From assembly GCA_035559535.1 (NCBI GenBank), contig DATMBG010000004.1, positions 46,732-66,731 on the forward strand: a stretch of 20,000 bases of DNA, given 5' to 3'. How positions within the stretch are numbered: the first letter of the stretch is position 1; each line of letters opens with the position of its first letter. This document shows positions 16,637 to 20,000 of the stretch, piece after piece. This stretch comes from Candidatus Limnocylindrales bacterium (GTDB lineage Bacteria > Moduliflexota > Moduliflexia > Moduliflexales > JAUQPW01). The notes beneath the pieces were generated by a model that did not search any database, was not told where the DNA came from, and saw only the letters and a list, made by a program, of their open reading frames with translations. Position numbers and translations under genes: made by a program.

Positions 16637-17182
16637 ATGAAAGGTGTAAAGGATTTGTCGAAGGCTGGCCGGGTCTTCCTTTTTGGATTCCTGATAGGGT
16701 TTCTGTTTTTTCAGGATCCGGTTTGGGGTCAGGTCCTATTTGGAGCGCAAGTGAGTGTTGCGGATGATGTCGACGTTGGGGTAGGAGTCCGTGTTGTCTG
16801 GGATTTGGCCCAATATCAAAAAGGGCTCGGGGTAATAGGATCTTTCGATTATTTCTTTCCCGGTGGTGAGTCTCCTTTTTTTCCGGTTGCCACTGGGGAT
16901 TTGAGCTATTTTGAAGTCAATGCAAATTTGACTTATACGTTTGAAACAGGCAGAAACATAGCGCCTTATGTGGGGGGAGGTCTGAATATCGCCCATGCGT
17001 CCATCGAATTCGTGGGTGTAGAGGCTGTAGAGGCTTCAGACACCGAAGTGGGGGTCAATTTTCTCGGAGGGGTGATGTTCAACCTAGCGGGAAGGTTGAT
17101 GCCGTTTGCAGAGCTCCGGATCGAAGCTAACGGGGGCGAGCAGTTTATGGTTACAGGAGGTATCCTCTTCCCGATCCGATAG
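16637..17182 (+). CDS. Small (about 8-stranded) outer-membrane beta-barrel protein, 181 aa
   Basis: Signal peptide ending VWG/Q, amphipathic strands, FDYFF, PYVGGGLN, GVNFLGG and PFAELR motifs, aromatic residue near the C-terminus. Confidence 0.85.
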   Translation: MKGVKDLSKAGRVFLFGFLIGFLFFQDPVWGQVLFGAQVSVADDVDVGVGVRVVWDLAQYQKGLGVIGSFDYFFPGGESPFFPVATGDLSYFEVNANLTYTFETGRNIAPYVGGGLNIAHASIEFVGVEAVEASDTEVGVNFLGGVMFNLAGRLMPFAELRIEANGGEQFMVTGGILFPIR

Positions 17183-17260
17183 TCGTTTAAAAATTTTAAT
17201 CCCATAAGTTCATTCCGCGTAAGGAGGCCATAGTTTAGTTAATTGTGTAGAGCCTTTGCG

Positions 17261-17310
17261 CCCTTATCCCTTCCCCTCTCCCGAAGCCTCGGGAGAGGGG
17301 GTTTGAGGGG
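17261..17310. repeat. REP-like GC-rich hairpin interrupted by MITE-3; may also act as a terminator
   Basis: CCCCTCTCCCGA-AGCC-TCGGGAGAGGGG perfect 12-bp stem at 17273-17300. The right arm continues after the MITE at 17465-17481. Confidence 0.7.
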
Positions 17311-17464
17311 CATAGGCGCCAGGTTAAGCCCTCGAAGCGCTGGTTGAGTAGCGAAGCGTATCGAAACCAAGCAAGCAGGTCTCGATACGAGCTTCCGCTT
17401 CGTTCCAGGTCTACTCGACCAACGGGCTTTCAACAGGGTTTTTACCCTTATCCTGACGCATATG
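17311..17464. mobile_element. MITE-3 (154 bp) with IS4-family-like TIRs and 11-bp TSD
   Basis: CATAGGCGCCAGGTTAAG / CTTATCCTGACGCATATG match 15/18 and resemble the IS4 end TAATGCCGATCAGTTAAG. GGTTTGAGGGG at 17300-17310 and 17465-17475. Internal nested hairpins GGTTGAGTAG..CGTATCGAAACC / GGTCTCGATACG..CTACTCGACC. Confidence 0.85.
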
Positions 17465-17546
17465 GGTTTGAGGGGTGAGAGTCGCCAGAACAGATGCCGT
17501 TTAAAAGGTTTCGCAAAACTAAGTAAGCAGTGTAGGAGGGAGTTTA

Positions 17547-18529
17547 ATGAGAAATTTTGTAGTGTTATTATCAATTATCCCTTTGATAATCTTTCTCGGA
17601 AGTTGCCAGAAGAACCTGCCTCCATCACCACCACCTCCCCCCCCCCTCCACCAGTGCCTATCCCTCCTGATAACTTTATAGATCTGGTAAAGGTCATTGA
17701 CCATCCCGGGGATGATCTTTTCCCGGAGGTTTCGCCCGATGGGACCAAAATAGCCTATGCGGCCAGAAAGATAGATAATCTAGATGTGTTTTATTTTTAT
17801 CCTGGAGCGCCTAGAGTGAATCCTATTCAGGTCACACGGCATATAGCGGATGATGCGCACCCGAGCTGGCTTGGTAATGAGGCCTTGTTTTTTGATTCCT
17901 CACGGCTCGATACCCTCTCGATCTGGAGAGTTCAAATAACGGGGCAGAGAGGGACTAATCAGATCACCGTTCGGGATTATAATGATTTCGATCCGGCTGT
18001 GTCTCCGGACGGTCGAAAGGTGGTCTTCTGCTCCATCCGACAGAAAAAGGCTTTAGACTATAGGCCCAAAGTCGAGGATGAGCCACCGACTTTATGGGTA
18101 AGTAACATAGATGGCTCCAACATTACCCAGATCGGCGCTGGCTATAACCCCAAATGGTCCCCTGATGGCCGGAGAATTATCTTCTATGCCCCTTCTGCGA
18201 CCAATTTCGATATCTGGATCATGAATTCAGATGGTACCGATCTTACTCAAATCGTCGCGGATAAATCAGATGATATCGATCCAGCTTTTTCTCCGGATAT
18301 GAAGGCTATAGTGTTTGCCTCTAACCGGCCTGGGGCTGTAGGCACAGCGATTCCGAAGAATTTCGATATTTGGGCGATGAGCCTTGTGGGGGAGGGGTTG
18401 ACGCAGCTCACTTTTAGTCCCGGGGATGATACAGGGCCGGTCTGGTCTATTACCGGTGAAATCTTTTTTCAGAGCAACCGTGATGGAGGTTGGGATATCT
18501 GGAAGGGCAGGCCTGTTATTGAGTGGTAG
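17547..18529 (+). CDS. TolB-like PD40 beta-propeller lipoprotein, frameshifted at a C10 tract (17637-17646)
   Basis: AGGAGG RBS and ATG 17547 give MRNFVVLLSIIPLIIFLGS-C (lipobox) then poly-Pro; this frame stops at 17679-17681. The PD40 repeats (P..SPDG.KI.) are in another frame. C11 or C8 would join them. Confidence 0.85.
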
Positions 18530-18630
18530 GAAGATGCAGTGAGGTATAAAGACCGGCTTTTGCGAATCTGTAAAGCGTAAAAGCTCGGCTTCATCCCTAC
18601 GGAACTGAAAGAAAAGGAGATGGTTATCAA

Positions 18631-19635
18631 ATGCGAAGGAAGTTCCTTTTTACACCTTACCTTTTACTCGTACTTCTTTCTTTGTTCCTCATGGGGGCAA
18701 GGGGATGTTTAAATGTCGGTCAGCAAAAAGCAGTTGTTCCACCGTTAGAGTCCGTAACAGACCTGATTCAGTTAACCATAGATCCCTCTCCAGATGGTAA
18801 TCCAGCCATTTCTCCGGATGGTAAAACAATTGCCTATGTCTCCTATAAGCATGGTAACGCGGATATTTACATCATGGAGGCTGAACCGGGAAAACAGCAG
18901 CCCCAAGCCCAACAGATTACCCTTAGCCCGAGTAACGACAACAATCCCACCTGGACACCCGATGGAAAGTCCATTCTTTTTGATTCGGACAGATTAGGCA
19001 ATCAATCCATCTTTAGGGTAGATTTAGGGAAGGAACAAATAACCCATCAGGTTGTCGCCCGCAGTTCCAACGACTTTGCTCCGGATGTCTCCCCAGATGG
19101 GCGTAAGGTGCTGTTTGGGAGTCAGCCTCACTATAAGGGGGGTGCTCCCAAATTAGACTTTCTGCGTTCGTATAAGAAAGGTTTGGAATCGATCTGGTTG
19201 GCTAATATAGATGGAACGGAGTTAATTCAGATTGGAAAGGGTATTTTTCCAAAGTGGTCTCCCGATGGAAAAAAGATCCTTTTTGTTTCCTCGGAGGGAG
19301 GCAACGCGGATATCTGGATGATGAACGTAGATGGTTCGGGTTTAACGCAGCTTACTACGGATTTAGCCCATGACACTTCCCCGGCATGGTCTCCCGATGG
19401 GACCAGGATAGCTTTTTCCTCCGACCGTACGGGTAATTTTGATATATGGGTACTGGATTTAGAGATCAACGAACTGGTCCCCTTAACCAATAATCCCGGG
19501 GCGGATGGAAGTCCCGTGTGGTCTCCCGATGGGAAGTACATCTATTTTTATAGTTTCCGAAACAACAACTGGGATTTATGGCGGGTGACTCCGCTGTTGA
19601 GGAAAGAGCGGAGGGCCGGTCTTTCAAAGACCTGA
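18631..19635 (+). CDS. TolB-like PD40 beta-propeller protein, probable lipoprotein, 334 aa
   Basis: RBS AAGGAG. Signal peptide ending MGARG-C. Six P.(W/I/V)(S/T)PDG repeats with GN.DI(W/Y) motifs. Confidence 0.92.
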   Translation: MRRKFLFTPYLLLVLLSLFLMGARGCLNVGQQKAVVPPLESVTDLIQLTIDPSPDGNPAISPDGKTIAYVSYKHGNADIYIMEAEPGKQQPQAQQITLSPSNDNNPTWTPDGKSILFDSDRLGNQSIFRVDLGKEQITHQVVARSSNDFAPDVSPDGRKVLFGSQPHYKGGAPKLDFLRSYKKGLESIWLANIDGTELIQIGKGIFPKWSPDGKKILFVSSEGGNADIWMMNVDGSGLTQLTTDLAHDTSPAWSPDGTRIAFSSDRTGNFDIWVLDLEINELVPLTNNPGADGSPVWSPDGKYIYFYSFRNNNWDLWRVTPLLRKERRAGLSKT

Positions 19636-19782
19636 TAGCGACCGAAGATAGAAAAGCAGCGTCGGGGATTTTCGGCATAGGTTAGCTTATAGGAGAGAAA
19701 ATAAAACTTAATTGTATTAATTTACAATAATTTTAAATTTATTTACATTGATAGGCCGAAAATACTGTATTAATCTGTACTA

Positions 19783-20000
19783 ACCAATGGTGCTAGTTAT
19801 TTTAAAGGCTGAATCTGGCTATAGAAAGGGGTATGAAGCCATCCTCATTGACCTGCAGACCATCCCATTGGACCAGCACGTTGAACATAGCCATGGTAAA
19901 AGCCAAACGAGCCTGAAAGTATTCCCAAACCCGATGCATCACTTTTTTGAAATGACTGACCAAAGTCAACATCGAAAACACGCTCTCAATCAGCATTCGG
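19783..20000 (-). mobile_element. Right end of an IS982-family-like insertion sequence (continues beyond the window)
   Basis: ACCAATGGTGCTAGTTA (19783-19799) resembles the IS982 TIR ACCCGAATTGCTAGTT and lies just past the transposase stop codon. Confidence 0.65.
19802..20000 (-). CDS. DDE transposase C-terminal fragment (partial)
   Basis: R..IE.VFS.L motif (catalytic-Glu helix of IS982/IS4/IS5-like DDE transposases), followed by F.ARL......FN. Confidence 0.7.
   Translation of the reverse strand, partial: RMLIESVFSMLTLVSHFKKVMHRVWEYFQARLAFTMAMFNVLVQWDGLQVNEDGFIPLSIARFSL

Noticed and set aside
17462-17546. ORF-track start of the first TolB-like gene
   Set aside because: That ATG comes from the MITE-3 right TIR and gives no signal peptide. 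The likely start is 17547 in another frame.

Overview
Bacterial chromosomal window, probably from a diderm organism (outer-membrane beta-barrel, TolB-like lipoproteins). From left to right: (1) the C-terminal tail of a probable ArsA/Get3-family ATPase and a hypothetical gene, converging on a three-gene operon of uncharacterised proteins (thioredoxin-like, small cory-CC-star-like membrane protein, single-TM protein with a CCDC47/DUF1682-like pattern); (2) a two-subunit family I CoA-transferase with an exact 37-bp duplication of the alpha gene's 3' end; (3) a HEAT-repeat protein, tpiA-secG-SEC-C protein, a ferredoxin, a FabL-like enoyl-ACP reductase and an L-lactate permease; (4) an Nramp/APC-like transporter abutting a decayed sigma70 region 3.2-4 fragment; (5) a 14-aa-repeat coiled-coil protein with a PD-(D/E)xK-like tail, an XRE/DUF5753-like regulator, a beta-barrel and two TolB-like lipoproteins, the first frameshifted at a C10 tract; (6) the end of an IS982-like element. 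The intergenic DNA holds three ~150-bp MITEs with different terminal inverted repeats and perfect 9-, 7- and 11-bp target-site duplications, each carrying REP-like hairpins. All family assignments come from motif recognition by eye; no searches were run.
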